From the IMG/VR virus record IMGVR_UViG_3300048902_000189, positions 1 through 45,163 of that record: 45,163 nt of DNA. One strand, given 5' to 3'. Position numbers and translations under genes: made by a program. Below are positions 35,564 to 45,003 of the stretch, in pieces. The notes under the pieces are model-generated. The model saw only the letters and a list, made by a program, of their open reading frames with translations, ran no database searches and was not told the DNA's origin. Numbering within the stretch: position 1 is the stretch's first letter; each line of letters begins with the position of its first letter. The DNA is from a virus (lineage: Duplodnaviria > Caudoviricetes).

Positions 35564-38500
35564 GTGCCGCAGAGCCTCTACGACCTGCTGCCGCAGGAGG
35601 CTAAGGCCGCCTATCCGCCTGAGAAGCTGGACGGTCCCGCAGCGGCTATCCTGCTGCGGCAGCGGGTGCCGGACGGCTACGACCCGGCGAAGGGCGCCGC
35701 GATCGGGCAGGCGCTCGCCGGAGTGCTCCCGAAGATGGCGGGGATGCGGGCGATCACCAGCCGCGTGCGCGCCGCCCAGCAGGGGCAGCTGCTCACCGGC
35801 ACCGGGAACCTGCGCGAGTTCGAGGACGAGGACATCCAGGCGGCGGAGAACGCCCCGGAGCCCGAGCCGCAGCCGCCGGTCGAGAGCGCCACCCAACGGC
35901 TCTACAACGCCATCCGCCCGGTGCAGGTCGGCGGCGGCTCGCCGCGTGAGCGCGAGCTCGGGCTCACCCGGGAGATCTCCGCGCAGGCGCAGCAGACGCC
36001 TCTGCGCGTGGCCGCGAAGGCCGTGCAGGGGGCGCCGAACCTGTCGCCGCTGCTCCCGAAGGAGAAGCGGTACACGACGAGCAACCTCGTTCCCGAGCCC
36101 AAGAGCCCCGAGGACCGCCTCGCGGACCTGCTGGGCGGGTTCATCGGCTTCGGCACGACGGCCGCGACGCTGGCCGCCATCCCCGGCGCCTCAGCGGCCG
36201 GCGCCGTGGGCGCGACGGGTGCGCTCCAAGAGGGCACGCTGAAAGAGCGCGCCGTCCGCGGAACGACCTTGGCAGCGACGGCAGGGTTGGGGCATGTTGC
36301 ATCGGAAGCGATTGCTGGCGCGGCGCCGGGGGCGGCCCGCGCTATCGCGTCCCAAGTCCCGGGGGCGGTGGGCTTCGGCGCACTCCAGCCGTGGGCGGAG
36401 GAGATGATCCACCGCGCCACCGGCGAGCGACCCAAGCCGTTCACGGGGTGGGACGCCGCGCGCGGCACGCTCGAGATGCTCGTGGCGAACCTGCTCACCG
36501 GCGGCCACACCATCGCGCAGGCCGCCCGCCGCGGGCCCGTGCTGGACCTGCCCACGGAGCGCCTGCCCGCCAACCGGGCGCTGCCAGAGGCGCAGTCCCC
36601 AGTCGAGCGCCAGCTGCTCGGGCCGGCTCCGTACAGTCGCCTGCTCGAGTCGCCGCGAGGCCGCAGGCCGGTCCCGCCCGGCGGCAACCTCCCCAGCTCG
36701 GGCGAGGTGTTCACCCCCGAGGCGAACCCGCAGCGGCTCGATCGCCCGGCGCTTGGGCCCGCCCGCCCGGCCCAACCGCTCAACGTCGGCAAGGTCCCGC
36801 CCGCGGTGCTCGAGCGGGCCCAGATGCTCGCGCGCGACCTCGCGCCGCCGGAGGGGCTCACGACGCAGGACGCCGCGGCCTCCAAGCGACTGTCCGAGGC
36901 CGTGAACGGTGTCCTGGCCGGCCGCGTTGTCGGGCTGACCTTGCCGGGAGGCGAGGGGAAAGTCCCGGCGCGCGTCGGCCGGGCGATGATCTTCCGCACC
37001 GCCGCTGGCGAGGACGTCCGCCTGTTGGTGCAGGACCCCGCCGGCTCGCCGGTGGTGGTCAGATTCCAGTCGGTCGCGGACATGGTGAAGGCCATCCGGC
37101 CGCTGTCCGGCGAGCGCGCGGAGGAGTCGCGGGCGACCGTCGGCGCCGTGCGCGAGGCCGGAGCGGGCGCGCAGGAGTCGGAGATCGACCGCCGCCTCGA
37201 CGCCCTCAAGGCGAACGAGCCGGCGCGGTCGGACAAGGGCTACAGGCGCTGGGCGCAGCGGGTTGCGCGACTGACGGCCGAGCGAGAGGCGCTGCGTGCG
37301 CGTCCAGTCTCCGCCGCACGCCCGGCGCCCGTGGCCGCAGATGCGGAAACTCCGCCTGACGCGCACACACCTTCCGCATTGACGCCGCAGTCCGCTGCTG
37401 CTCCACGGCTTGACCTGACCTCGGAGCAGCCGAGGGCGGCGCGCGCCGTGGCGAAGCCGCTCGAGCAGGAGACGCTCACCGGGATGCCGGCGCCGCGCAT
37501 CCCCGAGGGCGCGAAGCGGTCAGCGAACGACGAGTCCGCGGACGTCATCAAGGCCATGGGCAAGGAGCCCGATGCGCCGGCCCCCGGACTGTTCGACAAG
37601 CCCGCGCCGGAGCCGACTGCGCCGACGTCTGTGGAGGCGCCAGCGGGCCCGCGCGGCTACAAGCCAGGCGAGCGCGTGCGCGTGCCGTACACGGGGCAGG
37701 CCACGGCGTTCGGGCGCAAGGTCACGAAGCTGACCGAGACGGGTACCGTCGTCGGCTACGACGACAAGGGCAACGTCACGATCGACGTCGACCGCGGCAA
37801 GGGCGTCGTCCGGCAGACGTTCACCGAGGAGCAGGTCAAGCGCCAGCCGACGGCCACCTCGAAGGACGCCGCGGAGGAGAAGCGCAAGGCGGCTGGGCGC
37901 AAGCTCGAGCAGTCCATCCGCGAACGCGCCGCCGGCGACCCCGAGAAGGCGCGCGCGATCGCCGACGCCTACCAGAAGAAGGCCGACGAAATCCGCGCCA
38001 GCATCGGCGGCGACATGAACCACCCTGACTACCCGAATGTGCGCCGCCGGTGGACCGCGGCCGAGGCTGTCGCCAAGCGCGCGGACCAGATCGCAACCGA
38101 GCTGGAGAACGACTCCGGGGGCGGCGGAGGCGGCGACGACGAGGCCAGCATCATGCGCGGCGTCGGCCGCGGCAGCGCCGAGTTCGAGCGCGGCGGCGGC
38201 CGCGCACGGGGCGAACGGACGCCGGCGCGCGAGACGGTCGGGTTGCCGGTGCGGAAGGCGGCGCCGCGCATCGCGCCGACGTTCGCCGAGCGCGTCAAGC
38301 GGGGTGAACGCGGCCGCGCCCTCCTGCGCGAGCCGGCGGAGATCACCGACCTGCCGGGCGTCGACGTGCCGGAGTCGCCCGAGGGCAAGGGCGGAGCCGG
38401 CTTCCTGCGGCGCCGCGCCGAGAACATCAAGCAGCTCGGCCGCGAGATCACGGCCGCCGCCAACCCGATCAGCCTCGTCGGACGGGACGCCCTCGACCCG

Positions 38501-40990
38501 CTGTTCGAGGGCAAGGGCGAGATCGACCAGCACGTCTGGGAGGTGAGCCGCGAGCAGGAGGCCACGAAGCAGGACTTCAACCGGATGGACGTCGGGCAGC
38601 GGCTCAAGTACCTGGACGACTACGAGCACGGCCGCCCGCTCGCGACCCCGGAGCTTCAGGCGATCGCCGACCAGCAGCAGCAGCGCGCCGACGACACCTT
38701 CGCGGTCATCACGCAGCACAAGCCGGGGCTCGCGTACATCGAGCACTACATGCGGCACCTGTGGGAGAAGCCCGAGCAGGCCGACGAGGTGTTCGCGTCC
38801 CTGCCGCGGCGCCCGCTCGAGGGCTCGAAGTCGTTCCTGAAGCAGCGGCTCATCCCGTACATCCTCGATGGCGTCAAGGCCGGGCTGAAGCCGGTGACGA
38901 CCAACCCCGAGTTGATCGTGCAGTCGATGGAATACAACGCTGCGAAGTTCCACTTCTTCCAGAAATACATCGCGGGCGAGGGCTCTGTGTACCGCGACGC
39001 CGGGCTAGTCCGTGTCGCGCGCTTCGGCGAGCGCGCCGGCAAGGGCAGCATCCCGTCGGACTTCACGGTGCCCGACCAGCGGTGGGCCCGCATCTTCGGG
39101 CCGCCGGAAATCCCCGTGCGCGAGTTCGCCAACGCCGGCCTCATGGACGGGCTCGAGCAGGTCGCGAAAATCCTCGGGGTCCGGCACGACCGCAAGATGA
39201 AGCTCCAGGGCGGCGCGCTCGGCCTGTCCTATACCGGGCAGTCGCGCATCGAGACGCGGTTCGCCACGGACCCGATGACGTTCGCGCACGAGTTGTCGCA
39301 CCAGATGGACGAGAAGTACGACCTCCAGCAGACGTTCCTGCGCGGCTCGAACAAGATCGTGAACGACGAAATCCGCGCGCTCGCCGACCTCCGCAACGAG
39401 GGCATGAACCCGTCGAAGTCCCGCCAGCGGTACGTCCGCAAGGCCGAGGAGAAGATGGCGGTGCTGCTCCAGGCGTTCGTGTCGGCGAAGGAGCTGATGA
39501 AGGAGACGGCGCCGATCACGTACCAGAAGTTCGTCCGGTTCTTGAACGCGCACGACGAGCTGAAGCCCATCCTCTCGATCCGCCCGTCGCTCGCGTACCG
39601 CGAGATGGAGAACAAGGTCTCGACCGGCGGCGCCACGATCGTTGGCGAATACTGGATGCAGAAGGACCTCGCGCGGCTGCTCGACAACTGGATGGGCGCC
39701 GACGACATCCGGGCCACGCTCGGCGGGCGCACCGCCATGGACGTCCGCAACTTCCTGAACGGCATCCAGCTCGGCATGTCCGGCTTCCACGCGAACAACA
39801 TCGCCTACATCTCGGCGGTGCACGACCTGTCGGTGGGCCTCTCGCAGCTCGCGCACGGCCGTGTCTCCGGCCTGCTCGGCGTCGCCCGCGGCGGCATCTC
39901 TCTCGCAGGGCACGCGGCTACCGGACTCCCGGTGCTCCCGCTCTCGGCCGGCAGGTACTTCGCCCAAGGGCAGAAGTTCTGGGCCCGAGACCCGCAGATG
40001 GCGGGGCTCGCGCGCGACTACTTCACCGGCGGCGCCAGGCTCCTGCGGCCCGAGGGCGAGCACAGCCAGTTCGACAAGATGATCCGCTACCGCGGCGAGG
40101 GCCGGAAGCTGATGGCGCTGCGGCACGTGATCCCGGCGCTCATCGAGTTGCCCACGCGCGTCATCATGGCGGGCGTCGAACGCGCCCAGGTCGGGGCCTT
40201 CGCCGACCTCTACTCGTGGGAGCTTCAGCGGAACCAGGAGCGGCTCGCCCGCGGCGAGACGACGCCGACGGAGATCGCTCGCAAGGCCGTGCGGGACGTG
40301 CAGGACCGCATGGGTCAGCTCAACTACGACAACCTGTTCTGGAACACGAACCTCAAGACGGCGATCATGCTCGCCGTGCGCGCGCCGGGCTGGACGCTTG
40401 GCAGCGCGCGCACAGCGGGCGCGCCGCTGTTGCTCGACCTGCCGCGGGCCGCGGCCGCTCCGTTCCGCGGAGAGGTCCCGAACATCACGCCGCGCATGGC
40501 GTACGCGCTGGCGTTCATCATGGCGCAGGTCGGCGTCGGCGGCGGCTACCACTACCTCCACACCGGACGGCGCCCGGAGACGCTCGAGGACTTCCTCCAC
40601 CCGATGAACGCGCGCGGGGAGCGCGTCACCTTCCCGACGGACGTGCGGACGCTGGAGACCTGGGTCAAGGCACTCGCCGCGATCCAGCGGGGGGACAAGG
40701 ACGCGGGCAGCCGGGCGCTGCGCGCCGTGCTGACGGGCCCGCTCCCGCGCGCCATCGACGAGCTGCTCAACAACCAGACATACCGGGGCCCGATCAGGAA
40801 CCCGAAGGACCCCGCGTACAAGCAGGCCGAGGGCGTGCTGAAATGGATGTTCGGGACGCTCATGCCCATCTCGGTCACGCAGGCGCAGCAGGAGGAGGGC
40901 GACTTGGCGACCAAGGTGGAGCGTCTGTTCGGCGTGACGAAGAAGGAGCCGCGCCGCGGCCGTGCGCGCGCGCACCGGAAGGCCGGGTGA
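35564..40990 (+). CDS. Large internal virion / polyvalent protein (1808 aa) with SH3/KOW-like and zincin HExxH domains
   Basis: Last ejection-module gene before lysis; YKPGERVRV...GTVVG; FAHELSH. Confidence 0.75.
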   Translation: MPQSLYDLLPQEAKAAYPPEKLDGPAAAILLRQRVPDGYDPAKGAAIGQALAGVLPKMAGMRAITSRVRAAQQGQLLTGTGNLREFEDEDIQAAENAPEPEPQPPVESATQRLYNAIRPVQVGGGSPRERELGLTREISAQAQQTPLRVAAKAVQGAPNLSPLLPKEKRYTTSNLVPEPKSPEDRLADLLGGFIGFGTTAATLAAIPGASAAGAVGATGALQEGTLKERAVRGTTLAATAGLGHVASEAIAGAAPGAARAIASQVPGAVGFGALQPWAEEMIHRATGERPKPFTGWDAARGTLEMLVANLLTGGHTIAQAARRGPVLDLPTERLPANRALPEAQSPVERQLLGPAPYSRLLESPRGRRPVPPGGNLPSSGEVFTPEANPQRLDRPALGPARPAQPLNVGKVPPAVLERAQMLARDLAPPEGLTTQDAAASKRLSEAVNGVLAGRVVGLTLPGGEGKVPARVGRAMIFRTAAGEDVRLLVQDPAGSPVVVRFQSVADMVKAIRPLSGERAEESRATVGAVREAGAGAQESEIDRRLDALKANEPARSDKGYRRWAQRVARLTAEREALRARPVSAARPAPVAADAETPPDAHTPSALTPQSAAAPRLDLTSEQPRAARAVAKPLEQETLTGMPAPRIPEGAKRSANDESADVIKAMGKEPDAPAPGLFDKPAPEPTAPTSVEAPAGPRGYKPGERVRVPYTGQATAFGRKVTKLTETGTVVGYDDKGNVTIDVDRGKGVVRQTFTEEQVKRQPTATSKDAAEEKRKAAGRKLEQSIRERAAGDPEKARAIADAYQKKADEIRASIGGDMNHPDYPNVRRRWTAAEAVAKRADQIATELENDSGGGGGGDDEASIMRGVGRGSAEFERGGGRARGERTPARETVGLPVRKAAPRIAPTFAERVKRGERGRALLREPAEITDLPGVDVPESPEGKGGAGFLRRRAENIKQLGREITAAANPISLVGRDALDPLFEGKGEIDQHVWEVSREQEATKQDFNRMDVGQRLKYLDDYEHGRPLATPELQAIADQQQQRADDTFAVITQHKPGLAYIEHYMRHLWEKPEQADEVFASLPRRPLEGSKSFLKQRLIPYILDGVKAGLKPVTTNPELIVQSMEYNAAKFHFFQKYIAGEGSVYRDAGLVRVARFGERAGKGSIPSDFTVPDQRWARIFGPPEIPVREFANAGLMDGLEQVAKILGVRHDRKMKLQGGALGLSYTGQSRIETRFATDPMTFAHELSHQMDEKYDLQQTFLRGSNKIVNDEIRALADLRNEGMNPSKSRQRYVRKAEEKMAVLLQAFVSAKELMKETAPITYQKFVRFLNAHDELKPILSIRPSLAYREMENKVSTGGATIVGEYWMQKDLARLLDNWMGADDIRATLGGRTAMDVRNFLNGIQLGMSGFHANNIAYISAVHDLSVGLSQLAHGRVSGLLGVARGGISLAGHAATGLPVLPLSAGRYFAQGQKFWARDPQMAGLARDYFTGGARLLRPEGEHSQFDKMIRYRGEGRKLMALRHVIPALIELPTRVIMAGVERAQVGAFADLYSWELQRNQERLARGETTPTEIARKAVRDVQDRMGQLNYDNLFWNTNLKTAIMLAVRAPGWTLGSARTAGAPLLLDLPRAAAAPFRGEVPNITPRMAYALAFIMAQVGVGGGYHYLHTGRRPETLEDFLHPMNARGERVTFPTDVRTLETWVKALAAIQRGDKDAGSRALRAVLTGPLPRAIDELLNNQTYRGPIRNPKDPAYKQAEGVLKWMFGTLMPISVTQAQQEEGDLATKVERLFGVTKKEPRRGRARAHRKAG

Positions 40991-41493
40991 GCCTCGTCCT
41001 GATCGACCGCCACGCGCTCGCGACGCCGCACTTCCGCTACGGCGAGCTGCTGAAGGACCCGAGGGTCCACGAGCTTCCGGTCGAGGTGATTGGCAACTTG
41101 CAGCGAACGTGCATGTTGCTGGAGGCGGTGAGGTTCCACCTCGGGCTTCCACTGAACGTCCATAGTTCGTATCGTTCTCCTGACCAGAACGAGCGCGCGG
41201 GAGGCGCTCGCGAGTCGGACCACCTATCGGGCAGCGCCATCGACTTCAGTGCGGCGGCTGGCCACGGCATGACGTGGGAGGCCAATACAAAGGCAGCATT
41301 CGACTTCGCCCGGGCGCACCTTGGGGGCAGGTTCGGGCAGCTGATACTCGAGGACCACCGCTCTTTCTTGGCCGACCCGGAGAAGCTATGGGTCCACATC
41401 TCGCTCCCTTCCGCGAAGCATCCCGGCACTGGCGACGCCGCCTCGCTGCTCTTGTCGCCTCGGCCGGGCGTCTACTTGCCCGTTGCCGCGTAG
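40987..41493 (+). CDS. Endolysin, peptidase M15 (D-Ala-D-Ala carboxypeptidase-like)
   Basis: PHF...EL, SSYRS...N...GGA..SDHLSG.AIDF, QLILE, WVHIS. Confidence 0.88.
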   Translation: MSLVLIDRHALATPHFRYGELLKDPRVHELPVEVIGNLQRTCMLLEAVRFHLGLPLNVHSSYRSPDQNERAGGARESDHLSGSAIDFSAAAGHGMTWEANTKAAFDFARAHLGGRFGQLILEDHRSFLADPEKLWVHISLPSAKHPGTGDAASLLLSPRPGVYLPVAA

Positions 41494-41507
41494 CCATAGG
41501 AGGCCGC

Positions 41508-41837
41508 TTGGACGCCGAGACCGTTGACGCAGTGGCGCGCCGCATCCGCCTCTGGATCGGCGCGGCGACTCTGCTCATCACCACCGCCGCCGTCGGCGGC
41601 ACGTGGACGGTGCAGCGGGCGACGCTGGGCGTCCGCACCGACCTCAACCTGATGCACGGGGAGATCGCCAGCCTCGCGGCCATCCAGGCGAGGCAGGCCG
41701 AGCGCGATTCCGCGCGCTTCGAGCGTGCCATGGTCGTGCTCAATCTCGCCGTCGGGGCCATCGTCGAGCCCGCCGGCAGCGAGGAGAAGCAAACCGCGAT
41801 CGCCGAGCTGCGGCGGCTGCGGCACTTCACCCCCTGA
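41508..41837 (+). CDS. Membrane protein in the lysis cassette
   Basis: AGGAGG then TTG; one TM plus coiled coil. Confidence 0.6.
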   Translation: MDAETVDAVARRIRLWIGAATLLITTAAVGGTWTVQRATLGVRTDLNLMHGEIASLAAIQARQAERDSARFERAMVVLNLAVGAIVEPAGSEEKQTAIAELRRLRHFTP

Positions 41838-41848
41838 ACGGAGGACCG

Positions 41849-42151
41849 ATGCATCTGGACTTCGCAACCCTGTGGACGCTGTTCCAGCCCGCCATCGTCG
41901 GCGCACTCGGCGGGTTCATCCTGCACGCGCTCCACACGCCGAAGGACCATGAGCGCGCGCAGCAGCTGGGCACGATCGCCGGGGACATCGCGGTGCTCGT
42001 GGTGGCGGAGGCCGGGGGCGCGCCGTGGGCGACGATGCTCAAGAGCGTCATCGACCAACTGAAGGCGTACAACCTCACCGCCAACACGGACGTGCTCGAC
42101 CAGGTGGCGCAGGCGGCGCTGATCCGGGCGGGGGCGAAGAAGCCCGTCTGA
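41849..42151 (+). CDS. Putative holin
   Basis: GGAGG RBS; N-terminal TM, basic C-terminus; follows the endolysin. Confidence 0.5.
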   Translation: MHLDFATLWTLFQPAIVGALGGFILHALHTPKDHERAQQLGTIAGDIAVLVVAEAGGAPWATMLKSVIDQLKAYNLTANTDVLDQVAQAALIRAGAKKPV

Positions 42152-42183
42152 AGCGGCACCACGAAAAGCGGTGGAAGTGGCCC

Positions 42184-42212
42184 TTGCTCACCGTGCGGGG
42201 CGGGTCCATAGT
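42184..42212 (+). promoter_or_regulatory. Sigma70-like promoter TTGCTC-N17-CATAGT driving the early/recombination operon
   Basis: Hexamers with a 17-nt spacer in the gap after the lysis genes. Confidence 0.55.
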
Positions 42213-42217
42213 GCCCT

Positions 42218-42314
42218 GTGCACGGGGGTAGCAGCGAGAACGGATGTGCTGGTGGAGTCGCAGGAGCATGGATTACCCCCGTGCATCGCGACGAAGCCGG
42301 CGCATCCGTTCTCG
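42218..42314 (+). ncRNA. Candidate antisense/leader RNA (P4 CI / P1 C4-like architecture)
   Basis: 19-bp stem 42235-42253/42296-42314; apical GGATTACCCCCGTGCAT complementary to 42219-42230, 44246-44258 and the - strand RBS at 10024-10035. Confidence 0.6.
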
Positions 42315-42330
42315 TCTTTCGGAGGCCACT

Positions 42331-42741
42331 GTGCGCTACGACGTGATGGCTGCAACCGCGGCCCTGATCGCCTTCGGGTTCTTCTGGGGGCGGCTGCACG
42401 GCCGCGTCAGTGAGCGCCGGAAGCTGCGCTTGGAGCGCGAGAAGTTCGAACTGGACAAGATGGACGCGCTCCGCATCATCAAGGCGAACGACCACGAGCA
42501 CATCGGCACCGTGATCCGCTGCACGCCGCACGAGCAGACGGAGGTCACGCCGTTCGGGCTCGACGGCAGCAAGACGCGGTTGGTGCCGGGGACGAACGTC
42601 CTGATGCGGTGCGAGAAGTGCGGCATCTTCTGGCTCAAGTGGTTCCCGGGCACGTGGACGCCGGACGACTTCGCGCGCACTAAGCCCGAGGACATGGACA
42701 AGGTGGTCCGTTCGCTGACCGAAGGGGGCAACACGCCATGA
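42331..42741 (+). CDS. Membrane-anchored zinc-ribbon-like protein
   Basis: GGAGG then GTG 42331; TM AATAALIAFGFFWG; CTPH...CEKC. Confidence 0.65.
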   Translation: MRYDVMAATAALIAFGFFWGRLHGRVSERRKLRLEREKFELDKMDALRIIKANDHEHIGTVIRCTPHEQTEVTPFGLDGSKTRLVPGTNVLMRCEKCGIFWLKWFPGTWTPDDFARTKPEDMDKVVRSLTEGGNTP

Positions 42742-44168
42742 GCACCGCACTCGCCGCACAGCCACAGGCGCCCATGTCGTTCCCGTCCGGGGCCGACTTC
42801 GACGCGATGCGTAACGCGGCCGCGATCATCTCGCGCTCTGGGCTCGTGCCCGAGGCGTTCCGCGGCAAGCCCGAGGACATCATGGTCGCGATCCTCACCG
42901 CGCGTGGCCTCGGCCTCGACCCGATGGTCGCGCTCCAGCGCGGCTACGTGGTCAAGGGCAAGTTCGACATCGAGGTCTCGGTGAAGCTGGGGCTCGTGCA
43001 GTCGCGCGTCCCTGACTACGACTACGAGGTCATCGAGTTGAACGACGAGCGGTGCGTGATCGAGGGCGGGCGCGCCGGCAAGCGGCGCGTGCGCTCGGAG
43101 TTCACGTACGCGCAGGCCGTCGCCGCTGGCCTCACGCAAGGGAAGTACGGGCCGACGGCGACGTGGCAGTTCTACCGTCAGGACATGCTCTTGAACCGCG
43201 CTCTCGGCCGTAACCTCAAGGCGACGTGCGCGGCGGCGCTCTACAACATGCCCGTCCGCCTGGACGAGCCGGACGAGGAGAGCGGAGCGGTCGTGGTGGA
43301 GGACGGGGCGGGCAACGCGGGTGCGGCCCCCGCCGCGCCTGTTCCCGTCCCCACCCAACCGCACGTGTTCCCCGACGGCACGAGCAACCCGCACGCGGTC
43401 CCAGTCGAGAAGGCCGTCCCGGTGGACTGGCGCGGGCCGCTGCTCGCGGCCTTCGCGACCTGCTACGGCATCGACGTGCCCGGCGAGAACGCGAAGGTCC
43501 GCAGCGCGTTCGTGAAGAAGCACGAGGAGAAGCTGGTGCTGGTCGCGAACGAGTTCTACAAGAGCCGCGGTGAGCAGCCGGTGACGAAGTGGATCGCGGT
43601 GGGGCCCATGGACTACGAGCACCTGACGCGGTGGCTCGAGGAGAAGAACGCGAAGCGCGCTGGGAAGGGGGCCGCTGCCAGCGGCGAGCCCGCACCCACG
43701 GAGGGCGGAACCCAGCGCGCCGCGTCGCCCGAGCCGAGCGTGTTCGACAACTGGGAGCCGGCCGCGGCGGAGCCTTCGTCCGCCGCGCTGGTGGCTCCTG
43801 GTGCGCCCGAGGATGGCGAGGTGCCTGTCAGTACGGAGATCGTGACCGGCTGGCAGGCCCTCGTCGCCGCGGGCCACGAGAACCTGACCACCATCCTGCT
43901 CGCGATGCGCCACGCGACGAAGAACGAGCGCGAGTTCGTGAAGGTGTCGGAGAAGTCCGGCAACTACTCGCTGATCGACGGCGACCTGCTCAAGACGTGT
44001 GGCTTCGTGGACGCCAACGGCGTCGTCGTGGCGCAGTGGCTCCCCAAGCTGCACGCTGGCTTCGTGTGGGACGGCGCGAGGTACAACGGTCCGAGCGAGG
44101 CGGTGTGGCCGATGGTCGTGCGCGCCGTCTACGAGGAGGCGCAGGTCCTGAAGGTCAACACGCAGTAA
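42738..44168 (+). CDS. RecT/Red-beta-like single-strand annealing protein with a long C-terminal extension
   Basis: SGLVPEAFRGKPED+MVA+..A..LGLDPM.ALQ..YVV.G, A..AGL, W..Y..DML..RA. Confidence 0.8.
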   Translation: MSTALAAQPQAPMSFPSGADFDAMRNAAAIISRSGLVPEAFRGKPEDIMVAILTARGLGLDPMVALQRGYVVKGKFDIEVSVKLGLVQSRVPDYDYEVIELNDERCVIEGGRAGKRRVRSEFTYAQAVAAGLTQGKYGPTATWQFYRQDMLLNRALGRNLKATCAAALYNMPVRLDEPDEESGAVVVEDGAGNAGAAPAAPVPVPTQPHVFPDGTSNPHAVPVEKAVPVDWRGPLLAAFATCYGIDVPGENAKVRSAFVKKHEEKLVLVANEFYKSRGEQPVTKWIAVGPMDYEHLTRWLEEKNAKRAGKGAAASGEPAPTEGGTQRAASPEPSVFDNWEPAAAEPSSAALVAPGAPEDGEVPVSTEIVTGWQALVAAGHENLTTILLAMRHATKNEREFVKVSEKSGNYSLIDGDLLKTCGFVDANGVVVAQWLPKLHAGFVWDGARYNGPSEAVWPMVVRAVYEEAQVLKVNTQ

Positions 44169-44174
44169 CGAGGT

Positions 44175-44239
44175 TCGGCGGCGGGCCATGCTCCGCTAGG
44201 TTGCCCGGGGGCGACTGCAAGGCGTGGCGCCGCCGCCGA
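44175..44239 (+). other. Long intergenic hairpin directly upstream of the targeted RBS
   Basis: tcggcggcgg/ccgccgccga, gccatgc/gcgtggc and gttgcc/ggcgac stems. Confidence 0.55.
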
Positions 44240-44262
44240 TTCAAAATGCACGGGGGTAGACG

Positions 44263-45003
44263 ATGAGCGATCTGGTGCAGGTGCAGGGCGGCATCCCGAA
44301 GTTGCTCGAGCCGGTACTCGGCTCCGAGCAGGTCAAGACAAGCGTCTCCATCGCGCGCACGGTGCTCGACGGGTTCAAGATCGAGAGCCGCGAGGACATG
44401 GAGCAGGCCGGGGACTCCGCGCGAATCATCAAGCGCGGGCTCCAGGCGGTCGCCGACGGACTGCGCGACGCCTTCGCCCCGGTGAAGGACCTCGAGCGCC
44501 AGGCGCGCGACCGCTGCCGGGCCGAGGCTACCGACCGGCTCGACGCCGCACTCCGACTGATCGACTCCGAGCGCACGCGGTGGAGCGCCGTGGAGCAGCG
44601 CCGGGCCCGCGAGGCGGCCATCGCCGAGCAGCAGGAGGCCGACCGCGCGGCGCAGGCCGCCACCGCGGCCCGCGAGTCCGGCGCACTCGCCGACGACGAG
44701 GAGGCCCCGCCGGCGGCCCAAGTCGTCGTCCACCAGCCGGAGCGCACGGTGCGCGGCGCGGTGGCGACCACGGCGCAGGTCCGCAAGGTCGAGGCCGTCG
44801 AGCTGCTCGACCCCGCCGCCGCGGCCGAGCAGTGGGGGCCCGAGGTCGTCACGCTCAACGCGCGGCTGGCGGCCGAGAAGTACGCGGCGAAGGTGAAGCT
44901 GGGGCTGCTCCTGCCGCCGCCTGACGGGGCCCAGAACCACGTCGTCGGCGGTGTGCGGTTCGTGACCAAGGTGACGTTCTCAGATCGCGCTAGGGGGCGG
45001 TGA
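44263..45003 (+). CDS. Hypothetical coiled-coil phage protein adjacent to the RecT-like gene
   Basis: GGGGGTA RBS; helical A/E/R-rich; ends GGVRFV. Confidence 0.75.
   Translation: MSDLVQVQGGIPKLLEPVLGSEQVKTSVSIARTVLDGFKIESREDMEQAGDSARIIKRGLQAVADGLRDAFAPVKDLERQARDRCRAEATDRLDAALRLIDSERTRWSAVEQRRAREAAIAEQQEADRAAQAATAARESGALADDEEAPPAAQVVVHQPERTVRGAVATTAQVRKVEAVELLDPAAAAEQWGPEVVTLNARLAAEKYAAKVKLGLLLPPPDGAQNHVVGGVRFVTKVTFSDRARGR

Noticed and set aside
18534-42058. Long - strand ORFs (e.g. 21899..24037, 25324..27171, 39005..41152) and + strand 38761..41493
   Set aside because: Shadow frames of GC3-rich genes: R/G/V/A-rich with no motifs. Only the last 168 codons of 38761..41493 (the endolysin) look real
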